Assembly: GCA_965249835.1 (NCBI GenBank)
Contig: CBDFMY010000003.1
Location: 929,979-993,978 of the forward strand
Direction of reading: 5' to 3'
DNA: 64,000 bases
DNA from: Candidatus Poriferihabitaceae bacterium
GTDB lineage: Bacteria > Pseudomonadota > Gammaproteobacteria > Arenicellales > Poriferihabitantaceae
The number at the start of each line of letters is the position of its first letter. The first letter of the stretch is position 1. The notes under the pieces are model-generated. The model worked only from the letters and a program-made list of their open reading frames with translations. It was not told the origin of the DNA and did not search any database. A program made the translations under genes and the position numbers. Positions 38,297-46,857 of this stretch are shown piece by piece.

Positions 38297-39046
38297 ATGA
38301 AAATTCTGGTTCCAGTGAAACGCGTGATTGACGCCAACATCCGGGTTCGGGTCAAAGCCGACCATAGCGGTGTTGAAACCGCCAATGTAAAAATGGCGAT
38401 GAATCCGTTTTGCGAAATTGCCGTTGAAGAAGCCTTGCGTATCAAGGAAGCGGGCGATGCCGAAGAAGTGATTCTTTTTTCCGCGGGAGCGGAAAAGTCC
38501 CAGGAGACGATTCGCACCGGTCTTGCCATGGGTGCCGACCGCGGCATTCATGTGAATACCGACGAACGTCTCGAGCCGTTGGTCATCGCCAAAATGATCG
38601 CGGCGGTGGCAAAAAAAGAAGACACCGAGTTAATCATTCTCGGTAAGCAATCCATCGACGGTGACAACAATCAAACCGGCCAGATGCTGGCGGCGCTGAT
38701 GCAACGTCCGCTGGGTAGCTATATTTCCCGAATAGAAAAAAACGACGGCGGTTTTGCCATTACTCGCGAGGTCGACGCGGGTTTGGAAAAATTGCAAATC
38801 ACATCGCCGGCGGTGGTCACCACCGACCTGCGCTTGAACGAGCCGCGTTATGCGTCACTGCCGAACATTATGAAGGCGAAGAAAAAACCCATTGACGCGA
38901 TGACGCCGGCCGATCTCGGCGTGGAAGTAAGCCATCGCACGGAAATTCTGAAAGTGGTCGACCCGCCAGAGCGGGAAGCGGGGGTCATGGTGCAAAGCGC
39001 GGCCGAACTGGTAGACAAACTGAAAAACGAAGCAAAGGTGATTTGA
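38297..39046 (+). CDS. etfB: electron transfer flavoprotein subunit beta
   Basis: MKILVPVKRVIDANIRVRVKAD..., 249 aa, overlaps etfA by 4 nt. Confidence 0.9.
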   Translation: MKILVPVKRVIDANIRVRVKADHSGVETANVKMAMNPFCEIAVEEALRIKEAGDAEEVILFSAGAEKSQETIRTGLAMGADRGIHVNTDERLEPLVIAKMIAAVAKKEDTELIILGKQSIDGDNNQTGQMLAALMQRPLGSYISRIEKNDGGFAITREVDAGLEKLQITSPAVVTTDLRLNEPRYASLPNIMKAKKKPIDAMTPADLGVEVSHRTEILKVVDPPEREAGVMVQSAAELVDKLKNEAKVI

Positions 39047-39999
39047 TGAACATTCTGGTTATTGCGGAACACGACCACTCGGCGTTGTATCCGGGAACGC
39101 TGAATACCATTACCGCGGCCGGCGAGATTGGCGCAAAGCAGGGCGACGGTCAAAGTGATGTGCATGTGTTGGTTGCCGGGCACGGCATCGGCGAGATTGC
39201 CAGTGCTTGCGCCGCCGTTGGCGTGGCGAAAGTGCTGGTCGCCGATGATGCGGGATATGCCCATGCCAGCACCGAAGACATCGCCGCGCTGGTGATGGCG
39301 AATGTCGAAAATTACACGCATGTTCTCGCACCGGCATCCACTTTTGGCAAAGCGCTCATTCCATACATTGCCGCGCTACGCGATGTGCAATCGATCTCCG
39401 ACATCAGCGAAGTGGTGGAAGCGGATACTTTTGTGCGACCGATTTACGCCGGCAACGCGATGGAAACGGTGAAATCCTCCGACGCGGTAAAGATGATGAC
39501 GGTGCGCACCACCGCGTTTGAATTGGCAAAAGCCGAAGGTGGCGGTGCGCCAATCGAAAACATTAAGCCAGCGGACACCACCGACCGCGTGAAGTTCATC
39601 GAGCAAACATTGAGTCAGAGCGAGCGACCGGAATTGACCTCGGCGCGGGTGGTCGTATCCGGCGGACGCGGCATGCAAAGCGGCGACAACTTCGCGATGC
39701 TGGAAAAACTGGCAGACAAACTCGGTGGCGCGGTGGGCGCGTCCCGCGCCGCGGTGGACGCGGGCTTTGTTCCCAACGAATATCAGGTCGGACAAACCGG
39801 CAAAGTGGTCGCGCCGGATTTGTATATGGCGGTGGGCATCTCCGGCGCCATCCAGCATCTCGCCGGCATGAAAGATTCCAAATGTATCGTCGCCATCAAC
39901 AACGACGAGGAAGCACCGATTTTTCAAGTGGCGGACTATTCCTGGAACGAAGATTTGTTCATCGCGGTTCCGGCTCTTGAAGCCGAGTTGGGGAAGTGA
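39043..39999 (+). CDS. etfA: electron transfer flavoprotein subunit alpha
   Basis: 318 aa, C-terminal FAD-binding VSGGRGM...[12 protein letters not shown]...[29 protein letters not shown]. Confidence 0.9.
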   Translation: MMNILVIAEHDHSALYPGTLNTITAAGEIGAKQGDGQSDVHVLVAGHGIGEIASACAAVGVAKVLVADDAGYAHASTEDIAALVMANVENYTHVLAPASTFGKALIPYIAALRDVQSISDISEVVEADTFVRPIYAGNAMETVKSSDAVKMMTVRTTAFELAKAEGGGAPIENIKPADTTDRVKFIEQTLSQSERPELTSARVVVSGGRGMQSGDNFAMLEKLADKLGGAVGASRAAVDAGFVPNEYQVGQTGKVVAPDLYMAVGISGAIQHLAGMKDSKCIVAINNDEEAPIFQVADYSWNEDLFIAVPALEAELGK

Positions 40000-40164
40000 T
40001 GGTTTTTTCCGCAAAAAATCCTGCCCCGCGCTCCCTCACGTCGGTTACGGCATAAAGGTTTTACCGAGTCGCTAACCTTGGGCAAATTGGGGGATGAATA
40101 ATGACCTTGAAACTATGATAGAGTGCCACATGTATCGTGTCGTTAGCCATTACCCGAACCAGCC

Positions 40165-40449
40165 GTGGAGGACATCATGACATCCGTTTTCGCTGTGGTG
40201 TTGGATGAGGAAAACGCGCAAGCGGTGGAGCGCATCCAAGCCGAGTATCCAGATTACCATCAACTGAGTAGCACGCTGTTTTTGGTGAAAAGCAAATCTA
40301 TTGCGGAGAAAGTCGCGCAGGCCGTCGGCATCAAGGGCGATGACTCTATTCAAAGCGGCGTAGTATTCAGGTTGAACCATTCATATGCGGGCTTCACTTC
40401 GCGCGCGCTGTGGGACTGGCTTAAACAGGCCGAGGCTCAAGAAGAATGA
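40165..40449 (+). CDS. hypothetical small protein
   Basis: 94-aa ORF (alternative ATG 40177, MTSVFAVVL). ATGA overlap with the next ORF. No family recognised. Confidence 0.45.
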   Translation: MEDIMTSVFAVVLDEENAQAVERIQAEYPDYHQLSSTLFLVKSKSIAEKVAQAVGIKGDDSIQSGVVFRLNHSYAGFTSRALWDWLKQAEAQEE

Positions 40450-40739
40450 GTGCCCGGAGTGGTCGCCTGCAGGCGGTGGAAAAGCAACCGGAACCACAAG
40501 CAAGCGAGGGTAGCGGCGGTAACGGCAGTGGTGGCGACTATGGCGAGCGGTTGGTCCGAATTGAAACGAAGTTGGAATACTTGGCTACGCAAACAGATAT
40601 TGCGGACCTCAAGGCACTAATCGCAAATAAAGAAACAACCCAGACGCGCTGGCTTGTCGGGGTGGTGCTGACCGCATTAGGGGTATTGCTGACCGCATCA
40701 ATCGCCTTGGTCATTGCCGTAATCCGCACCTTTAATTAG
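40446..40739 (+). CDS. hypothetical protein: Gly/Ser-rich N-terminus, coiled coil, single C-terminal TM helix
   Basis: 97 aa, ...ERLVRIETKLEYLATQTDIADLKALIANKE...WLVGVVLTALGVLLTASIALVIAVI. The architecture resembles XhlA-like phage membrane proteins. This is similarity of architecture only. Confidence 0.45.
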   Translation: MSARSGRLQAVEKQPEPQASEGSGGNGSGGDYGERLVRIETKLEYLATQTDIADLKALIANKETTQTRWLVGVVLTALGVLLTASIALVIAVIRTFN

Positions 40740-40746
40740 CCCCGCA

Positions 40747-41829
40747 CTACTCAAAAACAATCACATTCCGCAACACTTTATCCTGCCGTACATCGTCAAT
40801 GGCGCGGTTGATTTCCTCCAACGGATAACGATTGGAAATCAATTCATCGAGTTTCAAGCGACCGTCTCGGTATAACGCGATGAGTCGGGGAATGTCGATG
40901 CGCAGGCGGGTAGAGCCCATTTTGCTGCCGAGGATGCGTTGACCGGCGCTTGCCATGTCGGTGGCGTCAAACGAAACCAAATCTCCGGTGGGCGGCATGC
41001 CGACTAGGGTCAGGGTGCCGCCCGGTGCCAGCAATGCCAGACCTTGCTCGATGGCTTTGGCACTGCCGGCGGCGGTGAACACATATTCCAAACCTCTACC
41101 GCCAGTGATTTCATCAATGATTTTGCGTGCGTCCGCTTTGGCGGAGTTGATGCGATGAGTTGCGCCGAAGGCCTCGGCGATTTCCAGTTTGCTGTCCACC
41201 ACATCCACGGCGACCAACGGATGCGCGCCGGCAAATGCGGCACCTTGCACCGCATTCAACCCGACGCCGCCGCAACCGACCACGCCGGTGGCGACATTAG
41301 CCGGCAGTTGTGCGGTATTGACCACCGCCCCGAAACCGGTAATCACGCCGCACGACAACAACGAGGCGATGTCAAACGGCAGATCAGCGGGAATCACCGC
41401 CACTTGCGATTGATCGACCACGGTGTATTCGGCGAAAGCACCGGTGCGCAACCCTTGTTTGATTACGGTGCCCTCGCCGTTGTGCATTCGCGCTTCGCGG
41501 TCCAGAGGAAACCGCGTCTCGCAGATATTCAGCCGGCCACCTTCGCAACTCCCGCAGTAACCGCATGAGCGCAACAAAGTCACCAACACCCGGTCGCCGA
41601 CTTTGACCGAGTGCACGCCGCTGCCGACTTCCTCCACGGTGCCGGCGGCTTCATGGCCAAACACCAGTGGCGGCCGCCCGCCCCATCCGCCGTCGGCATA
41701 GGTGATGTCGGAATGACAAACGGCGCAGGCGGCGATTTTTACTTTGACTTCGCCGGTTTTGGGTGGCGCGAGGTCCAGGTCGTCGATGACCATGGGCTTG
41801 CCGAACTCATAACAGACCGCAGCTTTCAT
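40747..41829 (-). CDS. zinc-dependent alcohol dehydrogenase family protein
   Basis: 360 aa, GHEAAGTVEEVG and structural-zinc CGYCGSCEGG motifs, GxGxxG VVGCGGVGL. Confidence 0.85.
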   Translation of the reverse strand: MKAAVCYEFGKPMVIDDLDLAPPKTGEVKVKIAACAVCHSDITYADGGWGGRPPLVFGHEAAGTVEEVGSGVHSVKVGDRVLVTLLRSCGYCGSCEGGRLNICETRFPLDREARMHNGEGTVIKQGLRTGAFAEYTVVDQSQVAVIPADLPFDIASLLSCGVITGFGAVVNTAQLPANVATGVVGCGGVGLNAVQGAAFAGAHPLVAVDVVDSKLEIAEAFGATHRINSAKADARKIIDEITGGRGLEYVFTAAGSAKAIEQGLALLAPGGTLTLVGMPPTGDLVSFDATDMASAGQRILGSKMGSTRLRIDIPRLIALYRDGRLKLDELISNRYPLEEINRAIDDVRQDKVLRNVIVFE

Positions 41830-41939
41830 GAGGGTTCCTCAGGAATGGGTGAGTAGTTTTTCCAGTGCGCAAGTGTCGGCGGCTACGGGTTAAAACGCAA
41901 GCGTGTCAGGCAAGGGACACGCTCCCAACGTAATTCGTA

Positions 41940-43040
41940 TTATGCAAAACGCGATAGATGAAACGGTTGAAGTAATGCAGTTCGTTTGTTCTGCAAAATT
42001 TCCTGCGCCACAAGTTTCCCGACCAACGGCGCCAGAGTAACGCCAGAGTGCATGGTTGCCACATACAGACCGCTGAGTCCGGCGGGCACACCGAGTGCGG
42101 GAAAACCATCCGCCGGTATTGGCCGCGTCCTTCGCACGACCTGGCCGATTTCGAGGTTGCGCACCTTCGGTAACATGCGCTTCAGTCGACCAAGGATGCC
42201 GTCCGCCAGCGTGATTGAATTATCGTCTGCGTTGTCGTTGTTATTGTCGTTGTGACCGTTGTCGCTGAAGGTCTCGCCGGCCACGATTACGCCGTCGCTA
42301 CGTTGCCAAAAATGAACCTCCGGCGCGAACACAACATGTTGCACGACCCGCTCCACCGGGCGGGTGTGGAGAATTATGCCCGCACGGTTGGCGGTCGGCA
42401 GGGCAACGTCGAGCGTGGCAAGCAACGCTTGTGTCGATGCGCCCGCGGCAACCACGACAACTTTGGCGAGTAACTCGCCGTGCGGGGTTTTTACGCCGGA
42501 GATTTTCCCGCGTTCCATAATGAAATCGGTTGCCCGGCAGTGTGGTTTTATTTTTGCTCCGTGTTGTCGGGCCGCGTGCAAAAAAGTTTCGGTGCAGGCT
42601 TTTGCGTCCACCGCGCTTTCCATCCGCGAGTATAAACATTGCGGCGGCGCGGCGATGCCGGGCTCCAGTGCTTTGATTTGTGCGGCATTGATTTTTTCCA
42701 CCTCGTAGCCGTATCCGCTCAGCATTTGATGGTGATGCTCGAATGCGTCACCGGTCAGTTCCCACCACAAACTGCCGATGCACTGCAGGTCAACCTCCAG
42801 GCCATCCGCTTCGCCCGACCGCCCAAGCGTCCGATATTCCGCCATGGCGGCGTGGCGCAAGGCAAAATACGCCGGCGATTCGGCGAAGTTTGCGTTAATC
42901 CATCCGAACGACCCGCCCGATGCACCGGCGGCAACCGATGATTGCTCCAGCACCGTCACCGCCGCACCGCGCTTCGCCAGATGCCACGCAATCGCCGCGC
43001 CAACGACACCGGCGCCGATGATGATGGTTTGTTGGGTCAT
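41940..43040 (-). CDS. FAD-dependent oxidoreductase (DAO family)
   Basis: IIIGAGVVGAAIAWHLAKRG dinucleotide fold. Contains an Asn/Asp-rich low-complexity insert (42216-42266). Confidence 0.85.
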   Translation of the reverse strand: MTQQTIIIGAGVVGAAIAWHLAKRGAAVTVLEQSSVAAGASGGSFGWINANFAESPAYFALRHAAMAEYRTLGRSGEADGLEVDLQCIGSLWWELTGDAFEHHHQMLSGYGYEVEKINAAQIKALEPGIAAPPQCLYSRMESAVDAKACTETFLHAARQHGAKIKPHCRATDFIMERGKISGVKTPHGELLAKVVVVAAGASTQALLATLDVALPTANRAGIILHTRPVERVVQHVVFAPEVHFWQRSDGVIVAGETFSDNGHNDNNNDNADDNSITLADGILGRLKRMLPKVRNLEIGQVVRRTRPIPADGFPALGVPAGLSGLYVATMHSGVTLAPLVGKLVAQEILQNKRTALLQPFHLSRFA

Positions 43041-43102
43041 GATTAATGGACAACATGAAAGATACCACTAGCGATGATGCCCCGCGTTACGATGTGATAC
43101 TT

Positions 43103-43600
43103 CTATCCACTTGATCCGGTGTTATCCGGTTGATTCGATGTTATCGATTGATCCGGTATTGCCGGTACTCCTTTATTCATTTTTTTGGCATCAGGGTTTT
43201 CAAATTCACGTTGTTTTTCGGCACCACGATGCGCAAAATAGAATCCGATGACGGCGCCGGTAAGCGTACCGAAAGCAGTGACGACACTATCAAATTTATC
43301 TACTTCATGCCCCAAGATGAGAAAGATTACAAATGTCCCAACGACGAGCAAAGCAAGCATACTGCGCACCGATCCTTGAGGAAGATTCAATCCTCTCAGG
43401 GGAGCAGATTTATCCCGTTTGCAACAGGAAACGATCGTTCCACCGATTAACACAAAACTGATGTAGACAAGTTCAGCAATGACTAATGGCGACCATGACG
43501 AGTCCCCAGCATTTTCTGATCCTTGGGCGAACGCAGGAACGGTCAGCGTGGTAAAAATAAGGAACAGGGAAAGATGCAAAAAGAGATGAAACATGACCAC
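43103..43600 (-). CDS. hypothetical membrane protein (signal peptide + ~3 TM)
   Basis: 165 aa, AT-rich codon usage, MVMFHLFLHLSLFLIFTTLTVPAFA signal-like N-terminus. No family recognised. Confidence 0.5.
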   Translation of the reverse strand: MVMFHLFLHLSLFLIFTTLTVPAFAQGSENAGDSSWSPLVIAELVYISFVLIGGTIVSCCKRDKSAPLRGLNLPQGSVRSMLALLVVGTFVIFLILGHEVDKFDSVVTAFGTLTGAVIGFYFAHRGAEKQREFENPDAKKMNKGVPAIPDQSITSNQPDNTGSSG

Positions 43601-43696
43601 ATCCTCAAGGCAAAGTAGGACGGAACATTGTATGCGTAGGCTCGAAGAAATTCAATCATAACATCCGCTACCTTTCATTCCAAATCGGTATGTTTT

Positions 43697-43789
43697 ATGA
43701 TTAACAAACTGGAAATAGGAATCAACCAACTCGTCTATTAACTCTACGACTTGACACCTGATGAAATTAAAATCGTGGAGGAATCTTAG
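43697..43789 (+). pseudogene. relic of the C-terminal tail of a type IIG/BREX-like DNA methyltransferase
   Basis: Translates MINKLEIGINQLVY*LYDLTPDEIKIVEES*. The ...QLVYELYGLTxEEIKIVE tail is typical of such methyltransferases. TAA (43739-43741) replaces the expected GAA. It ends 3 nt before the TcmP ATG. Confidence 0.55.
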
Positions 43790-43791
43790 TA

Positions 43792-44700
43792 ATGAACGAT
43801 TTTATCAATGAACCGAACTCTTCCAAATATGGCGGAGACTGGTCAGATCAAAAACTCTCAGCGTTGTCCAAATATTTAGTGGCTTATACAACTGCTTTGA
43901 AGAAACAGCCGTTTTCTTTGGTTTATATTGATGCCTTTGCTGGCGGGGGCAGATTTGACATCACCGCCGAGCAAGGACATTCATCGTTACTATTTGAAGG
44001 AGAGATAGAAGATGTAGAAGCGCAGAAGCAATATCGACACGGGTCTCCATTGGTTGCGCTAAATACAAACCCTCCTTTTGATAAATTTATTTTTATTGAA
44101 AAAAATGAGCAGTCACTACAGCGTCTGGGAAATGAAATTACGCAACAGAACTACCAAGACAAAGACATTGAGTGTATTCATGGCGATGCCAACGAAAAAA
44201 TTGCTGAAATCTGCGATACGATAGATTGGATATCTCACAGAGCGGTTGCTTTTATTGACCCGTTTGCCACAGAAGTTAAATGGCAAACTATTGAGAAAAT
44301 AGCCAGTACTTGTGCTATTGATTTATGGTTGTTGTTTCCAGCTATGGCGGTGAATCGTATGCTGACCGTAGATGGAAAAATTCCTCCGCAGTGGCAAGAA
44401 AAACTTACTGAGTGTTTCGGGACGGATGAATGGCAACGAGTTTTTTATAAAGACAAACCCCAACAGACACTTCTTAAAGAGGAATCAAGCATAACAAAGG
44501 TTTCCGATTTTTTTGAAGATCTTAGACAGTTTGTTAATCATCGATTAGAAAGTGTTTTTCCAGGGGTCAGCAAAAATAATCTGGTATTGAATAATTCCAA
44601 AAATTCACCACTATTTTTGTTATGCTTTGCTTGCTCCAATCCCAAGGGGGTTGGTTTGTCTTTGAGAATTGCTAATCACATTATAGATACTTCATCATGA
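43792..44700 (+). CDS. three-Cys-motif partner protein TcmP (RlmJ-like methyltransferase-fold by my reading)
   Basis: 302 aa, AT-rich, immediately upstream of a DUF5131 gene and overlapping it (ATGA). Motifs YIDAFAGGGRF, RHGSPLVA and AFIDPF parallel RlmJ motifs (YLDTHAGAGRY, YPGSPLIA, LIDPPYE). Confidence 0.65.
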   Translation: MNDFINEPNSSKYGGDWSDQKLSALSKYLVAYTTALKKQPFSLVYIDAFAGGGRFDITAEQGHSSLLFEGEIEDVEAQKQYRHGSPLVALNTNPPFDKFIFIEKNEQSLQRLGNEITQQNYQDKDIECIHGDANEKIAEICDTIDWISHRAVAFIDPFATEVKWQTIEKIASTCAIDLWLLFPAMAVNRMLTVDGKIPPQWQEKLTECFGTDEWQRVFYKDKPQQTLLKEESSITKVSDFFEDLRQFVNHRLESVFPGVSKNNLVLNNSKNSPLFLLCFACSNPKGVGLSLRIANHIIDTSS

Positions 44701-45434
44701 CTCAATCGGCAATCGAATGGACCGAACAAACCTGGAACCCGGTCACTGGTTGTACAAAAATCTCGGCGGGGTGTAAGCACTGCTACGCCGAGACCATGGC
44801 ACGGCGGTTGCATGCCATGGGTGCGGCGGGTTATGAAAATGGTTTCGCGGTTTCCTGCCACGAGAATCGTTTGTCAGTTCCGTTGCGACGCAAGACGCCA
44901 ACCATGTATTTTGTAAATTCCATGAGCGATCTTTTTCATCCGTATGTGTCCTTTGCGTTCATTGACAAGGTTATGCAGACAATTTGCGCTACTCCGCAAC
45001 ATACTTATCAAATCCTGACCAAACGTCCGGCAACGATGGCGAAGTATTTTTCCTCTCGAAAGGCACCGAATAACGCTTGGCTCGGTGTGTCGGTGGAAAA
45101 CAAAAGGCACGGGGTTCCTCGTATTGACGGCTTGCGAAATATTGATGCAAAAATTCGTTTCCTTTCGGTGGAGCCGTTGCTGGAATCCATCGGGGAAGTA
45201 AACCTTGCCAACATTCACTGGGTCATCGTCGGTGGTGAGAGCGGCAAAGGTGCACGTCCCATGCAGACGCAATGGGTCACGGATATCAAGCGACAGTGTC
45301 GTGCCTCGGGCGCACGTTTCTTTTTCAAGCAGTGGGGTGCCCACGGAAGCGATGGCGTGAAACGCAGCAAAAAAGCCAACGGCAGAATATACCGTGGCCG
45401 TACCTGGGACGAAATGCCCGTTGTGAGTTTATAA
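44697..45434 (+). CDS. DUF5131 / phage Gp37-Gp68 family protein (three-Cys motif)
   Basis: The N-terminus IEWTEQTWNPVTGCTKISAGCKHCYAE is the family hallmark, with Cys19, Cys26 and Cys29. Confidence 0.85.
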   Translation: MTQSAIEWTEQTWNPVTGCTKISAGCKHCYAETMARRLHAMGAAGYENGFAVSCHENRLSVPLRRKTPTMYFVNSMSDLFHPYVSFAFIDKVMQTICATPQHTYQILTKRPATMAKYFSSRKAPNNAWLGVSVENKRHGVPRIDGLRNIDAKIRFLSVEPLLESIGEVNLANIHWVIVGGESGKGARPMQTQWVTDIKRQCRASGARFFFKQWGAHGSDGVKRSKKANGRIYRGRTWDEMPVVSL

Positions 45435-45562
45435 AAACACTTTCCGAAAACCTTCGTATTTTTCTGGAAAGAACTTGAAATGCTTGCTTTCGACCTAAAA
45501 TTAGATACAATTAGCCAAAGTAGTGAATTTACTATTTTGACTAATTATCTATTAATTTCACC

Positions 45563-46777
45563 ATGAGCGGCAATCCATACCGACCCGGCGCAGCCCACGC
45601 GCCGCCTTATCTGGCCGGCCGCGATACCGAACGGCAGGAATTTTCCCGACTTCTGAAGCAAGCACCAATATTGGAAAATCTGGTGCTGACTGGTATCCGT
45701 GGCATCGGCAAAACCGTTCTTCTGCGTGAAGCGCTCAGAAAAGATGCCGGCGAAAGCGGCTGGATTTGGGTGGGTAGCGATATTTCCGAAGCGGTTTCTG
45801 TCAGCGAAAACCACCTTGCACTACGTCTGCTGACAGATTTGAACACCTTTTCTGCGGATTGGGAATATGCCTCTAATGAACGGCATCCCATCGGTTTCGC
45901 CACTACCCCAGAACGCCAAACGATTCGTTTTGATTATCAAACTATGATGGCATTGTTTGAGCAAGAACCGGGATTAACTTCGGACAAGATTAAACGAATT
46001 TTGTTGCTCGCCTGGGAATTAATGCAAAAGAACATGCGAGACAAAAAGGGGATTATCTTTGCCTGGGACGAGGCGCAAAATCTGACAGATCGTAGCAAGG
46101 ACAACGAATACCCTCTGGGCGTGCTACTTGATGTGTTTAGTTCCTTGCAAAGCCAAGGGGTGCCTTTCATGCTGGTGTTGACCGGGTTGCCGACCTTGTT
46201 CCCCAAACTGGTCAACTCCCGCACATTTGCCGAGCGGATGTTTCGGGTGATGCCACTGGATAATCTAAACCCGGATGATGGCTATAAAGCCATCACAGAA
46301 CCGTTGAAGAAAGAACCAAAACGGGTACAAACTTTCTTTAACTCTAACAAGAAAGCAATTTACAGTATCACCAAAGGCTACCCGTATTTTATCCAGTTTT
46401 GGTGCAGAGAATTATATGATTATATGATCGATGTCGACTCGCTTACTCCTACAGAACTCACTGAGCGTATATCCCGTAAACTGGATATGGATTTCTTTGA
46501 AGGTCGCTGGACAGGATTGGCCGATAGACAGCGCGATGTATTGAATATCATCGCGCATCTTAAAAACAGCGGTGGGGAGTTCACCGTGCAAGAAATTGTG
46601 GAACAATCGAAAATCAGCGAGCGTGAATTTAGTGGAAGTCACGTCAGTCAAATACTGAACAGTTTATTCAACAAAGGCATGGTATTCAAAAACCGACACG
46701 GAAAATATATCCTGGCAGTACCTCTGCTGGATCAATACATCCGTCGGCGCATGCATGGAGACAATACCAATGAATAA
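45563..46777 (+). CDS. P-loop ATPase (AAA_16/ORC-Cdc6-like) with C-terminal winged-helix domain
   Basis: 404 aa. LAGRDTERQEFSRLL then Walker A GIRGIGKT (45692-45715), Walker B-like IIFAWDEAQ, C-terminal wHTH-like QRDVLNIIAHL...FTVQEIVEQSKI...SQILNSLFNKGMV. Confidence 0.7.
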   Translation: MSGNPYRPGAAHAPPYLAGRDTERQEFSRLLKQAPILENLVLTGIRGIGKTVLLREALRKDAGESGWIWVGSDISEAVSVSENHLALRLLTDLNTFSADWEYASNERHPIGFATTPERQTIRFDYQTMMALFEQEPGLTSDKIKRILLLAWELMQKNMRDKKGIIFAWDEAQNLTDRSKDNEYPLGVLLDVFSSLQSQGVPFMLVLTGLPTLFPKLVNSRTFAERMFRVMPLDNLNPDDGYKAITEPLKKEPKRVQTFFNSNKKAIYSITKGYPYFIQFWCRELYDYMIDVDSLTPTELTERISRKLDMDFFEGRWTGLADRQRDVLNIIAHLKNSGGEFTVQEIVEQSKISEREFSGSHVSQILNSLFNKGMVFKNRHGKYILAVPLLDQYIRRRMHGDNTNE

Positions 46778-46857
46778 AATTTCCGCATACTTTAGAATAA
46801 GATGACGATGTATCCCGAACAAAAATTCACAATCCAACCATCGCACCGGAGAAAAAA

